Part shown: piece after piece, positions 1 to 14,065 of the stretch | Layout: each line of letters starts with the position of its first letter | Position numbering within the stretch: position 1 is the stretch's first letter | Origin: the human T2T-CHM13v2.0 reference genome, Homo sapiens | Direction: 5' to 3' (one strand) | NCBI RefSeq assembly: GCF_009914755.1 | Contig: NC_060933.1 | Length of the DNA stretch: 64,000 nt | The notes under the pieces: model-generated | The model's database searches: none | Seen by the model: only the letters and a program-made list of their open reading frames with translations | What the model was told of the DNA's origin: nothing | Made by a program: the position numbers and the translations under genes

Positions 1-447
1 ATTTTCTCACAGTCCACATATAAGCAATATGACATTTCATAGCTCAAAGTTACGTTCTATTACACACAAGGTTGCTTAAATTCGCTTTCGTTTTTGGTTA
101 AACCACGAAAACAGTGAGCTGAAGTAGGCCAACTTTTTATGGAATGTAAGGATCTACATTAACTTTCAGTTGTAATATTTATGTTGCATCTACCCTCAAA
201 AATAGGTAGTAATGAGAAAATAATATATTTATTAAACAAACATGCCAGGGATATGAGTAACCTTATCATTTCTATACATTGCTCTTCTTTTAAAAAGTCC
301 ATATTTTTACAGACCTTATATCGTATAACTGTTTTATGTGTATGTAATTAATTTATTGTGCACTGATAGGAGTTTCATTAACATATTAAGTAAACAAGGG
401 AGACAGAGCCAAGAAAGGATAGGTAAATGCAGATTGTATATTGCTAG

Positions 448-1281
448 TGATAGAGACAGGAGGTAGAGAAACTCTAGGCAGACAGGGGTGGGTCCCTGGC
501 GAAACCCCCACCTTTGAGCCAAAATGCCTGAAACCTGCAGCCCAAAGTGAGAACTTCCATCCATGTGTGTCCACTCTCTCCTGAGCAGTTCTTTCTGAAT
601 AATTTCTTTTTAAAAATTGAATATTGCCTTTTCCAAAACTAACTATGGCCTGCCCTGCCCCCCTGTGCCTATAAAGACCCTAGACTCAGAGTAGCTAGAC
701 AAGAAGAAGCAGCTTGACTCCAGAGACAACAGCTGGACATCGGAGAGAGGCAACCTTACTTCAGCAGAGAGCGACCTTCCCTTCCCGTCTCCTTTCCAGT
801 TCCCCTATCTGCTGAGAGCCACTTTCATCGCTCAATGAAATTCTCCACATTCACCATCTTTCAATTTGTTCACATGACCTCATTCTTCTTGGGCACTAGA
901 CAAGAATTTGGGACCCACCAAGTGTGGGTACCCAAAAAGGCTGTCACACCGGCCTTTTGCCCTTGCTGGCAGATGGCAGCTGCCCCACTCAACAAGGCAA
1001 AGGGCCCACTGAACTGATAACACACTGTTGTCCACAGACTGCAGAGCTAAAAGAGCACTGTAACACAACCTCTGGGGCCTTGGGGTTGCAGGCACCCCAA
1101 CCTGGATGCTGCAGCAGTGCCTTCACAGAGTTTGCTCCTGCCAGCACTGAAGTGGCTGGCTGGTTCCTGCACTTGCTCCCCTACACGCTCCCTCCTGCAA
1201 TGGGGTGAGCAGGACAGGCTGAGTAAATCGGGCCCCCCTGTCGTGAGCCCCAGAAAGGGGTCAAGAAAATATCCTGCATCA
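448..1281 (+). mobile_element. Solo ERV1 LTR, LTR27/LTR28/LTR1-like group
   Basis: Begins TGATAGAGACAGGAGG and ends ATCCTGCATCA. Has a TATA-like CCTATAAAGACCC. 4-bp TSD ctag(444-447)/ctac(1282-1285). Resembles recalled LTR27/28 consensus; exact subfamily uncertain. Confidence 0.8.
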
Positions 1282-1921
1282 CTACAGTAGGTGAAAGACC
1301 TTTATATCATAATCCACTATCTAGAACATTTAAATGAAAGATCTCCAATGGCAGACTTTCTTCTAAGTGTGGGATGGCTATATTCTTTAGATTTAATTAG
1401 TGGGTGCTGCATCCCTTGGACATTCCTAATCCTAAAGGAGTATGTGAAAAAGGTTGTGCCCATAGGAAGATTAAAAAGTCACACTCCATTTGGAGTGTTC
1501 TACTACAAGGACAGCGATGAAAAGAAAAAAAAATGACTGCCATAACAAATAGAAAACATCCTATATCTCGCAGCTGATAATGCTGCATGTTCACTCTCAA
1601 TTCAGTCAGCTTAAAGTTGATTCAGTGAGTAGTTGCCATGTGAAATTGGGCCTAAGGACAGTAGTGGAAGGGTGGAAGGAAAATCCTCAAATTGCTGCAA
1701 GCTAGTGGTTTCATACCAGATGAAATGCTATTCAATTCATTATTAGAGAGTTTCCTTATACAATCAGAATATGGCATACCATAGGGGTGCTACTTATAAT
1801 TAGGTGAAGTTAATATTCAGAGAAACATTTTTTATCATAAAGACAACAGCATCATGGTTGTTAGTTAAAAGAAAGTGAGCCTTTGGGTTGATCACAGCCC
1901 TATTTCAAAAATGTGTCATCC

Positions 1922-2220
1922 TGCCTGGCATGGTGGCTCATGCCTGTAATCCCAGCACTTTGGGAGGCTGAGGGGGCCAGATCACTTGAGGCCAGGAGTT
2001 CAAGACCAGCCTGGCCAACATGGCAAAACCCTGTCTCTACTAAAAACACCAAAATTAGCCAGGCATGGTGGCGGGCACCTGTAATCGCAGCTACTCAGGA
2101 GGCTGAGGCAGGAGAATCACTTGAACCTAGGAGGTGTAGGTTGCAGTGAGCCAAGATCATGCTACTGCACTCCAGCTTGGATGACAGAGTGAGACTCCAT
2201 CTCAAAAAATAACAATCAAA
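1922..2220 (+). mobile_element. Alu (AluS, Sx/Sz-like), full length
   Basis: Dimeric Alu with A-rich linker and tail. TSD caaaaatgtgt(c/t)atcct at 1906-1922 and 2221-2237. Confidence 0.97.
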
Positions 2221-2624
2221 CAAAAATGTGTTATCCTAAACATTTTGGTACTTTCAAGACGAGAAGCCAAACGTGTAGTAGGATACACATATTCTGGGTC
2301 TATTCCAAATCTAGTGACTGCTTGACAACAAGTTACAAAAGACCTACTTTTTGCTAATGTCATGACTTAACTTTTTCAATATAGATCTTTGCCATCTTTT
2401 TTTTCTTCTCGTTATGAAGCTTCATCACCTATGATTTATAGGAGTTTTGTTTTATTTAACTTTCTTGAAAATCCTGAGCTGGTGAAGTCTTAATTTTTCT
2501 TCTAATTCCTGGAGGAATTTGGAGATGTTCTTTTCATGAATTACTATTATTATTATTAATTATGTTCATTATTTGCATATAAATATTGGTATGCTTAATC
2601 ATTTTTTAATTCAGACAGTGTTAT

Positions 2625-3230
2625 GTAGTCAGTCCTATTTCTCATCTGCAAATATTAAGAGTGTATATTGGTTTGTTCTGGTTCAGTTTGTTTAATCCAG
2701 GAACTATGTTTCATATAATCCCCTTCCTAGTACGGATCTGGATTGGAGTTGGACAACAGGGGAATTTGCATGAGATATGGAGTTTGAAAGTGAAATAGTG
2801 CCCTACAGTCTCTGAAGTTGACCTCCCTTAGTTTCTGTATAGTCAGACATGATAGCAGACAGATGTGCTCAGTGGTGTTTGTTTTCTCTCTTCCACTCTG
2901 CATCCAATTATTCCCAAATGCTGGTACTGCTCTCTCTTTCTGTGTTCCCCTGCTCATGTCACCTGTCTGCAAAGGTGGAAGCTATGGAGGGGACCAACTT
3001 TCAGAAATCTATCTAGAAACATTCTATTCACAGTTCCAATTCAGAGGTGACACTTGCTTAGCTTCTCGGATGAATAGTTGGTGACTTTTCTGATCCTTCA
3101 GCAAGTCCTCCTGGACCTCCACTTTCCAAGATCCTCTTACTATTGTGTGTGTTCTGTTTCCTGTAGTAAATCGTTTATTCCTACACAGTACAGTGTTTTC
3201 TCCCCCACTTACTAAATCCTGGCCAGTACA
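2625..3230 (+). mobile_element. Possible ancient ERVL-type LTR (highly diverged)
   Basis: Higher-GC block with an LTR-like 3' end (agtaaatcg...cctggccagtaca). Recognised only by weak recall. Confidence 0.3.
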
Positions 3231-4166
3231 GAGTGCAATTTGCTTTACCATATTTTTTTTCTTCTGAGTAATGTTTGAATTCTGTCTTTGTAAAATGGGT
3301 ATAAAATGACTCCTTTCTACTATTCTGTCTACCTGTGGATAGTAGATACTGTGATAGTGGATAGCAACAGCCTTAAAATTGTATCTCAGTTGTTTCCCTG
3401 AATTTCTTGAGACTATTTACTGATAACCAATTTATATGAGTTGAAAATGTGTCTTCTTCCATTTGTTTTTCTCAATTTTCACTTAGCTGGACACGTTAAT
3501 GATAAATTGAGTTACTGCAGTGGTTCTTAATTAAATATGAGTGTGTATAAAAAGCAATTTTGGGGCTAGTTAAAAATAAAGATTACCAGGCCCAATGCTT
3601 ATGATTCTGTAAACTTTAAATTAAGTTCATCTCTATATGTCATCAGTTTTAAATGAAAATTTAAGTCGAAAGAATAAAAATGGCATAAACTGTCATATTG
3701 CTATTTTTAAACTTGTTATAACAATCCAAGCTGAGGAAGTAGGCTCTTACTATAGTGTGCCCCACATGTCTCCAGAACTTACCCATAGATCCAGTTTCAA
3801 TCACAGGGAATCTCAGAACCCATCTACATTCATCTAAGCTTTTTAATTAATATAGATTTATTATAAGTGTATAATATAATCATTCCAATGGCTAGAATAA
3901 TGCCATTAACATCTCAATTTCTCTCATGATTTAAAACTCATGGTAGAAAACATAATAACAAACTAATAATAGACGCAAAACTTATAGTTTGAAAGACATG
4001 TAATTATTTAAAGAAAACTATAGTATTTACATTTCTAATTTAACTTGAACATATATTTTTTATTTAAAGTATGGGAATAGTTTAAATATTGATATAGACA
4101 TTCTTGGAAATAATTTTCTTACTAAAAATGAAGAAATGGTGCTGTTATAAAAACACTGATAGACCT

Positions 4167-4582
4167 TGTATTAGGCCATTCCTGTGTTGCCCACCTGAGA
4201 CTGGGTAATTTATAAGAAAAGAGGTTTAATTTGCTCACAATTCTGGAGGCTGTAAAGGGAACATGGCACCCAGCATCTGCTTGGCTTCTGGTGAGGCCTC
4301 AGGAAATTTACCATCATGGCGGCAGGTACAGGAGGAGCCAGCATATCACATAGTGAGAGTGCAAGCAAAATAGAGAGAGGGCGGGGAGGTGTCACACACG
4401 TTTAAACAACCAGATCTTGTGAGAAATCACTATCACAAAGACAGTACCAAGTGGATGGTGCTAAGGCATTCATGAGGGATACAATCCCATGATCCAAACA
4501 CCTCCCACCAGGCCCCACCTAAAGCAATGGGCATTACATTTCAACATGAGATTTGGCAGGGACATATATCCAAACCATATCA
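4167..4582 (-). mobile_element. MSTA-like MaLR LTR
   Basis: tgtattaggcc...ccaaaccatatca termini. Typical ctgggtaatttataagaaaagaggtttaat core. 5-bp TSD gacct/aacct. Confidence 0.92.
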
Positions 4583-4851
4583 AACCTACAGAACAAAATA
4601 AATATTATATATATATATAAAATTAGCATGTATTACTAAATATATTACTCCATAAGTAATGCTGTAAGAATGGTTTAGATAATTGTCAATAATAAAGTTG
4701 AATTCACCAGAAAGCAGATTAATTTTAAAAATTAGAATAAGTTTATACATATATTTAAAAATACATGCACATTAACTCAAAATTTCATAGAAATTGGACT
4801 GGTCTTTGATAATATTTATTTTATTTTCACAGTTCTTAAAGGAAAACATAA

Positions 4852-4975
4852 TCATTTTAGAGATGAGATAACTGGGGTTCACAGGACTTTCGCCAAGCCA
4901 CCTAGCAAGTAAATGGGACAGGTAATATTAGAATCTATTTCTACAGAACTTGCTAATACAAGCTCTTCCTACTGT
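4852..4975 (-). mobile_element. MIR fragment
   Basis: cattttagagatgagataactgggg...cgccaagccacctagcaagtaaatgg resembles the MIR core. Confidence 0.5.
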
Positions 4976-5446
4976 ATAATTTTACCATCATGTAAACAAT
5001 TCTATTGACCAAAATATTTTAATAGTTTATTCTTCTTATTCAGATGGTTGCTAATTATAAATCTTTGAGGTAAAATGATGTGTAGAGCTAAAAGCCATCA
5101 AACTTCTGATGTACTTTACTGATATTTTTATTCAATACTCAAATATTTTCCATATAAGTTTCACAGAATTGTTTTGGAGCTATCAATATATATTAAGTAG
5201 AATATTGTTGTAGACACCATAGTATTAAATTTGTAAGAGCTATAATTAATATTTGAAGTAATTTTTTAAAATGAACATTTAGGAAGAAATTACATAATTT
5301 TAAGAGTTTTGTTTACCATAAATCCAAAATTTCTGTTTCCGACTAAGTAGAAGTAGAATGGGTAAATATTTACCCAGAGGAAAAAAAAAATTCTCTTCCT
5401 CTCATTACTGCAGCTAATGTTGAGAAACATTGTTTCCTTCTTTGTA

Positions 5447-6030
5447 TAGAACTGTGCTGGTCAATGAGTCTATCGAACATTTAAAATGTGGCTAGTCTGA
5501 ATTGAGATGTGTGGTAATTGTAAAATATACACCAAATTCTGAAGAATAGAAAAAATTACATTAACAGTTTTTACACTGCTTGCATGTTGAAATAGGAATA
5601 TTTTATAGAATGGCCTAAACTAAGTACATTTAAAATTAATTTTATTTCAATATTTATTTTTCTGATGCAGGATCTTACTCTGTCACCCAGGCTGTAGTGC
5701 AGTGGCACGATAACAGCTTCGACTGTGAGGTGGGAGGTGATTGAGGTGGGAGGTGGTTTTCCCATCTCAGCCTCCCATTAGCTGGGACCACAAGTGCACT
5801 GAGCCACAACACAACTAATTTGTGTATTATTTGTAGAGATGGGGTCTCACTGTGTTGCCCAGGCTGGTCTAGAACTCCTGGGCTCAAGTGATTCACCCGC
5901 CTTGGCCTTCTAATGTGCTGAGATTACAGGTACACCGCAGCAACTAACCTAAAAATTATTTTTTTTTACTTCTTTCTAATGAAACTACTTATACATTTCC
6001 GATTAGATATGTAAGTCACATACATAGTAT
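5447..6030. mobile_element. MER33-like hAT-Charlie MITE, interrupted by AluJ
   Basis: aaatgtggctagtctgaattgagatgtg...gtaaaatatacacc and tgcatgttgaaat match recalled MER33. Resumes after the Alu at ~5950. Confidence 0.65.
5652..5949 (-). mobile_element. AluJ with an internal micro-inversion
   Basis: Antisense Alu with J diagnostics (gttgcccaggctggtctagaactcctgggctcaag). 5726-5755 is replaced by inverted copies (see findings). Confidence 0.92.
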
Positions 6031-6262
6031 GATGGTCCATAATATTGTTCTAATGCATTCACACACCCATCCTAATCATATTATATTATTTATGTATGAA
6101 TATGTCTTATATATAACACTTCCATCTCTGATGTATATCTGAATTTATTAAAAATAATCCATTATTTAATATGGGTAGTTGTATTTTAAGTCTGCTCATA
6201 GTCAATGCTGCATCTCATTTTTCTTGCATATTGTGTAATAGAAATATTTAAAATTTTAAAAT

Positions 6263-6490
6263 TTATCTATGTATACATATGTATACATATTTTAAATTTG
6301 TATATGTATCCATAGTATAAATAGTAATAGTAATATACACATACTCACATATGTATACATATTTATATATGTATGTAAAAATATATATGTATACATATGT
6401 ATATTTAGTAATAGCAATATATACATACACACATATATGTTTATAAACATTAATATATATGCATATGTATGCTATGTATGCATAACATAA
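6263..6490. repeat. TA/CA/TG low-complexity tract
   Basis: Degenerate atgtatacat repeats seen directly. Confidence 0.9.
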
Positions 6491-8935
6491 AATGATGCAC
6501 GGAAACAAGTGTTTGGTGTTTTTTGAAGGAAAATCTGCTTTAGTTGCCAATTTTGAATACAAAGAAGTCAGGTATAATTAGACAGTAAAACAAAGACATA
6601 CCTATGCAGATAAAATAAGCAAATTAGTAAAGGAAATCTAAGACACTAGTAATCTAGTGAACAAAGAAAAAATTATAATTTAAAAACTCATTGAATAACT
6701 CAATATTTAAAAGTGTAAATGGTTCCTGAGTCCAAAACATTTGAAAGCGTTCATCTAAACCTTTAATCCCATGCCTAACTCTGTTCTATAACATCTAACA
6801 CGTTTTATCAATTTCTGCCAAATTCCCTATCTCAGAGCTTTATAGTTTGTTTGCATGGAGTCAGGGTTTGGGCCTCCACCTAGGTGACACTGCTATAGCA
6901 CAGTGGCTGCTGCTCAGACTGTGCCTCATAAGCGCTCATTCTTGTTTCCTTACAGCAGGGAAAACGCATATTACAACACAACAAATGTCTAAGTAGCAAT
7001 CAAAATCAGCTACTTTGGCAGCTAGACAAAGCCAAAATCAGAGAGAAACGAAAAGTTCTGAGAAAAAGCTGAATGATTTAATTAGAAAAGAAGCCAGTAC
7101 ATATGTCTATCTGCAACTACCTCTGTGACTCTCTTGGTCCCTCGGGTTAGCTTCCTGTATGAAGAGCAAAGAAGCCTGCAGAAAATTATGTTGGTGTAGA
7201 TAAAATATTGAGTGACATCTGGGGTCCTTCGGTGCCCTTACAAGCTGGTTGGTGTGCACAGAAGTGTTGCTGTAGCTTCAGGGACAACAAATCAAACTGC
7301 AAGGATGATATTATGGGGTACAGTGACAAGGTATAAATATGTTTGTTGGAAAAATATATTCATTGGTTTATCAATAGAGCACTCAAATGTTGACATAGGA
7401 TTGGTAACGTACCACATAAAGTAATTTAATATTTCAGGGTGAACAATTTGCTATAATAATTGTGTTTAGTTAAAAAATATTCAGCTCAAAAGCCATGTGT
7501 ATATACTGCATCACTTTATATTATATATAAGTGAATGCCATGATATGTACTGGTCATCAAGTTAGTTTTTATTAATTTATAAGTATAGTATCGATCTTGT
7601 ATTTACTGGTCATACAATATATTCCATGTATTAAATGTATTTTTTAAAATCCTGAGGTGTGGAGAAATTAATTTGCCAAAGTACACATTGAATAGTTTCA
7701 CATAATATAGTATTATATTATAATAAAATTCATAACTATCACTAAAAGACAGGTAAATAAATATTACTAACTATAATTTAAAACATTTTTACAAAGTAGC
7801 TTTAATATTGAACCCAAATTTTGCTGTTCAAGTCAGTTTCATATATTCAGTATCACGATTCCTAACACGTAATTCAGAGATACAGCCTTTCTAATGTTAA
7901 CACTTATGAAAGAAAGAAATGTGTGTGTGTGTATGTATTCATATTTAATGAGCACAGCAGAATTAGGCATTATGCTCTATTTTTCACATGCAATGTATTG
8001 TTTAATCTTCACGTAAAAACCTTAATTAAAGAAAGCGCAGTTATTAAAGGGAGAGAGCCAGAATTCATCCTGGGAATTCAGACTCTATCTCTCTCTGTCT
8101 TGCTAGACTTCTTCCTGAGAACACTGATGTCTCTACCCAACAATGATACTAGAATCAGCTCAAAGAAATATCAGTCTTTCCTTATAATATGATAAATACA
8201 GCAAATTATCACCCCATAATTATTTGTTGAATGTATTAGTGCCAGGTACTATAAATATGATGTCCTTGAGCAGTAAGTGATGAACAAGACACTAAAGTAC
8301 CTGCCTCTAATATGTCATATACCAGTGATTATGCTCATTAAAATAATGGCATAAAAGGGAACAAAGAACCACCCCCTTTTTAAAATCCCACACCTGAGTT
8401 GGAGGGTTTCCAGCATATGTATTAAAGCTAGTAAGAACAACTGCTGCGTTCCTTGTATCTGCATGCAGTGCCACATTAAATACAAAATGAAACAGAATAT
8501 AAACTACCTATTATGAGTTACTTACTTAATTCAAGCATTAGCTCTAGCAGTGTGAGCAATTTAAAGCATGTTACCTTGTGTCAAGATGTACAATTTGATT
8601 GAATAAGAGGCTTTTCTGATACATAATTTATTTGTAATTTACAGGAAGAAAAGCACTCTCATTAGACTTAGAACCCTGCTTAGGACTCCTGGTCTTTTCC
8701 ATGGCCAATTTTTGCTGATTCACAACCCATTCATGCTACTAAAAACTCACAGTCAGCCTTGCAATTTTTACAAATTCTGCATAATAGGTCTAATTAAAAT
8801 AGATTTATTTATATGGTTAGCACGTTTCTATTAACCCATATATGTACTTAAAAAGAAACAAAAAGATCTTCCTTTCCTGTGTGAATATTCCAATAGCTCT
8901 CTTTGATCATATGGAAAACAAAAAATATTGATATT

Positions 8936-9360
8936 GGTATATTTATATATATTATATATATATAATATAAATTATAATATATAATATATAATATATTAAT
9001 ATATTACATATAATATAATATTATATATTTATTTAATATATAATTAATTTAATATATGTATTTATATTTATATTTATAAATTCATATAAAATATAATATA
9101 TAATATATAAAACATTATATATTATATATTATATATAAACATATATATACAAATATATATAAATATATACATATAAATATAAATTTATAAATATATATAT
9201 AAATATATACAAAAATATATGTATATTTATAAATTTATTTATAAATTTATAAATTTATACAAAATATATTTATATTATATTTTTATTTAATTATTTTATA
9301 TATATTTAAATTTAAATTAAATTAAATTTAAATTTAAATTAAATTAAATTAAATTAAATT
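8936..9360. repeat. AT-only low-complexity tract (TA-rich, then (AAATT)n)
   Basis: ~420 bp almost free of G/C. Partly a direct copy of 12064-12400 and partly the outer end of inverted-repeat arm 1. Confidence 0.95.
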
Positions 9361-9850
9361 TTTTCTACAAAATTACTCTTTGTTTTCTCTCTCTTCATAC
9401 TGCACTCTGGAAATAAGTCACTATGTGAAACCTACACTAAGTTAATAAATAGGGGAGTTATGCTCTTCCTTCTCTAGGCTGGAATATCTTTTAAAATTAT
9501 TTGAAATTCTCCTGCATGGGAGATTTGTTTACTCTCCCTCATTTAATTATTTTATTTAATTACTTATTTGAATTCTAAAATTAGCACTATACATTCTCTC
9601 AACATCATTTTTTCATATCTCTTTGGTCTTTTTTAATCTGGGGTCAAATACCTCTTATTCAAACTTACAGTGATCCTGTTTTCCACTTACAGAAATGTAC
9701 TTGTCAAAATTTCTCTTTTTTGTATTTAACCTGCATGATTTGTAAATAAATTTACTCGCTATTTGGGGATTTTGCTATTTATTTTTATTTATTTTCTTGA
9801 ATAAAAATCTGGTTAGTGAAAAAACTAGACTTCTTTTAAAGTATTATGTG
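9195..9850 (-). repeat. Inverted repeat arm 1 (reverse complement of 11109-11725)
   Basis: By hand comparison, 9361-9633 is identical to the reverse complement of ~11324-11596. The inner part has a few SNPs and two small indels. Confidence 0.97.
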
Positions 9851-11339
9851 TTTTGGCCCTTGGATGACCAGGGATTTTGTAATAGATTTGAACTTTCTAA
9901 AATAGACTGTTTGAAGAGGTATTAATGTCACTTTACATAGAAGCCTTCCAGCATATATTTGACATCCAGCTGGTGAGATACTGTAGAAGAAACTGAAAGA
10001 ACAGATGAGAGAAGGAGTAGATATATTTTAGGCCTGGCTTAGATGTCTATAAATTTATACCTTGATTGTTACCAGTGATGTTGATTAATTTCATTTGAAT
10101 TAATCATCACATTTACCTAATTTTCCTGTGACCCAAATAACTAAGGGTAGGATCAGGGTCTATTGTTAGGAAAAAAAAAAATGGCCCTTGCTACTACTAA
10201 CTTACCAATAATATCATGTAAATCAAATCCTTGAGGTCATATACTACAGACTCATTTTTAATATTTTAACTAATAATTACTTGCAAATATTTTCTGCTTT
10301 AAATTGACAGAATTATTTGTTGATATAGCAATGGTAGTTGTGGAGTGGGAGAATTGGTGGAAACATTTTATGTGTACAAGCATCTAACTTGCTATAGAGG
10401 AGAGCAGAATTAAAAGATAAAAGGAAGGGTCAGCTGACTTATAAGGGGTTGACTTTGATTTGCGAGGGTGAGAATGAAATATTGTGGTGTACAAAACATA
10501 GGAGGGATACAAATAGGATTGAGGTGTAAAAGATTTGTGACTGATGTGAGGTAATACATAAGTTTTGTGATATAAAATTGATGTAAAAAGGGTCAGCTAT
10601 CAGAAAGCATTGAAGTTCCAAAGTATCAGAATTGGAAAGAACTTCAAGGAGCTAGCGAAGAGCTTTGAAAAGAATTTGCTTTGAACTGTGTGCACTTTGC
10701 AAAATGATGCAATTCAATTCCAAATCCTCTGGCATTTATTCATGTGATTTTAGGGGCAGCCAGTAAATGGGATCAATATTGATGGCAAATTGGGATTTCA
10801 AAAAAACATCGAAGGAGCATTCATTTTACGAAATAAAACTGATTCATTTTTTATGAAATAAAAGCAGTTTAAAAAGGGATCACATTAGCCTTAATAATAT
10901 CAAAGTTGGTGGCTATTCATACCAGTTTGTTCATTTTATCTCACTATGTTCTATTCTCTCAGGTCATTTTCAATTCATTTTGTTAGAAATGAGATTTGTG
11001 ATGCTTTCTAGGTCTCTTCTAGTTGTTCATGATTGGAATATGCATTTATAGGTAAATCTTTCCAGTGCAACAAATTTTATGATATCCTGAGGCTCCGAAT
11101 CCCTCTTCCACATAATACCCTAAAAGAACTCTAGTTTTTTCACTAACCAGATTTTTATTCAAGAAAATAAATAAAAATAAATAGCAAAATCCCCAAATAG
11201 TTAGCGAGTAAATTTATTTACAAATCATGCAGGTTAAATACAAAAAAGACAACTAGTACATTTCTGTAAGTGGAAAACAGGATCACCGTAAGTTTGAATA
11301 AGAGGTATTTGACCCCAGATTTAAAAAGACCAAAGAGAT

Positions 11340-11599
11340 ATGAAAAAATGATGTTGAGAGAATGTATAGTGCTAATTTTAGAATTCAAATAAGTAATTAA
11401 ATAAAATAATTAAATGAGGGAGAGTAAACAAATCTCCCATGCAGGAGAATTTCAAATAATTTTAAAAGATATTCCAGCCTAGAGAAGGAAGAGCATAACT
11501 CCCCTATTTATTAACTTAGTGTAGGTTTCACATAGTGACTTATTTCCAGAGTGCAGTATGAAGAGAGAGAAAACAAAGAGTAATTTTGTAGAAAAAATC

Positions 11600-11600
<1 letters not shown>
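11340..11600 (+). mobile_element. Old L1MC/L1MD 3' UTR fragment (its inverted copy lies in arm 1)
   Basis: acaaatctcccatgcaggagaatttcaaataat...gagcataactcccc...catagtgactt...cagtatg matches a recalled L1MC/MD 3' UTR. Confidence 0.55.
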
Positions 11601-13001
<1,401 letters not shown>

Positions 13002-13029
13002 TGAAAATATTTTTATACTGTGTATTAAA

Positions 13030-13165
13030 TTATGCATACATGACAAAATGTAATCAACTATTAAACCTTGGTGAAGGATAAATGGGTGTTCACTGTACTA
13101 TTCTTTCAACTTTACTGTGGATTGTAAAATTCTGAAAAATAACAATAAATTAAATAATTAAATTA
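13030..13165 (+). mobile_element. L1ME-type 3' end fragment
   Basis: ggtgaaggataaatgggtgttcactgtactattctttcaactttactgtg...aaaaataa is typical of an L1ME 3' terminus. Confidence 0.5.
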
Positions 13166-13761
13166 AGCAGGTAATTTCTGAAAGTTTAGGATCCTTCAGC
13201 ATTTTGCTAATTTTTTATGAAGTGAAATTATACGTTAATGTTTAAATAAGGGTTGGAACGCCATGGATATGCTATTTTACTTTTATATTGTGACTTCAGT
13301 TGCTGTACTTCTAGCTGAGCCATGTCAGGTGTCTTTCATCCTGTGTGTCCTAGGAAGACGTGTGGCCTTGGAAGAGTTAATTGAATATCTTCTGTAGATT
13401 TGAAAGAGCTCTCTGAACAAGGTGTGGGAACATCTGGGAACCACTCTGGGGACTGGGGGAGTGAAAACTGGCATTACCCAGTCACTCTGGGCCATGGGTT
13501 ATAAGATGCTATTATCTATCCTGCCCACCTCGTGTATGGTAGAAACAGAGAAACATCAATTTCTAAATAAATGTATTTATCATTTTTGAAATAGGCTCCC
13601 CTGTGACGTTTCTTCATTTCTAAGTCCTTAATATCTAGAGACACAAAATGTTTTAATAAAAACTTCAAAATACCTGAAACCTTACCATCTTGTGATCACT
13701 GCTCTGTAGAAATTTTTAGTCCTTCTAGAAATTGTCATATAAAAATGCACAACTATTTTGG

Positions 13762-14065
13762 GGTCGGGCGCGGTGGCTCACGCTTGTAATCCCAGCCCTT
13801 TGGGAGGCTGAGGCAGGCGGATCACGAGGTCAGGAGTTTGAGACCAACCAGCCTGGCCAACACGGTGAAACCCTGTCTTTACTAAAAATACAAAAATTAC
13901 CCTGGTGTGGTTGTACATGCCTATAATCCTAGCTAGTTGTAAGGCTGAGGCAGGAGAATATCTTGAACCCAGGAAGCGGAAGTTGCAGTGAGCTGAGATC
14001 CTCAACAGCACTCCAGCCTGGACAACACAGCAAGACTCTGTCTCCAAAAAAAAAAAAAAAAAAAA
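13762..14065 (+). mobile_element. Alu (AluSg-like), full length
   Basis: ggatcacgaggtcaggagtttgagacc and an A20 tail. TSD aaaaa(t/g)gcacaacta(t/c)ttt flanks it. Confidence 0.97.

Noticed and set aside
1913-2149. ORFs with familiar-looking peptides ([13 protein letters not shown]..., also 13732, 13778, 40793, 42586, 54435)
   Set aside because: They are translations of Alu sequence, a well-known source of spurious protein hits.
6263-6562. 99-aa Tyr/Ile-rich ORF
   Set aside because: It is a translation of a TA/CA low-complexity tract.
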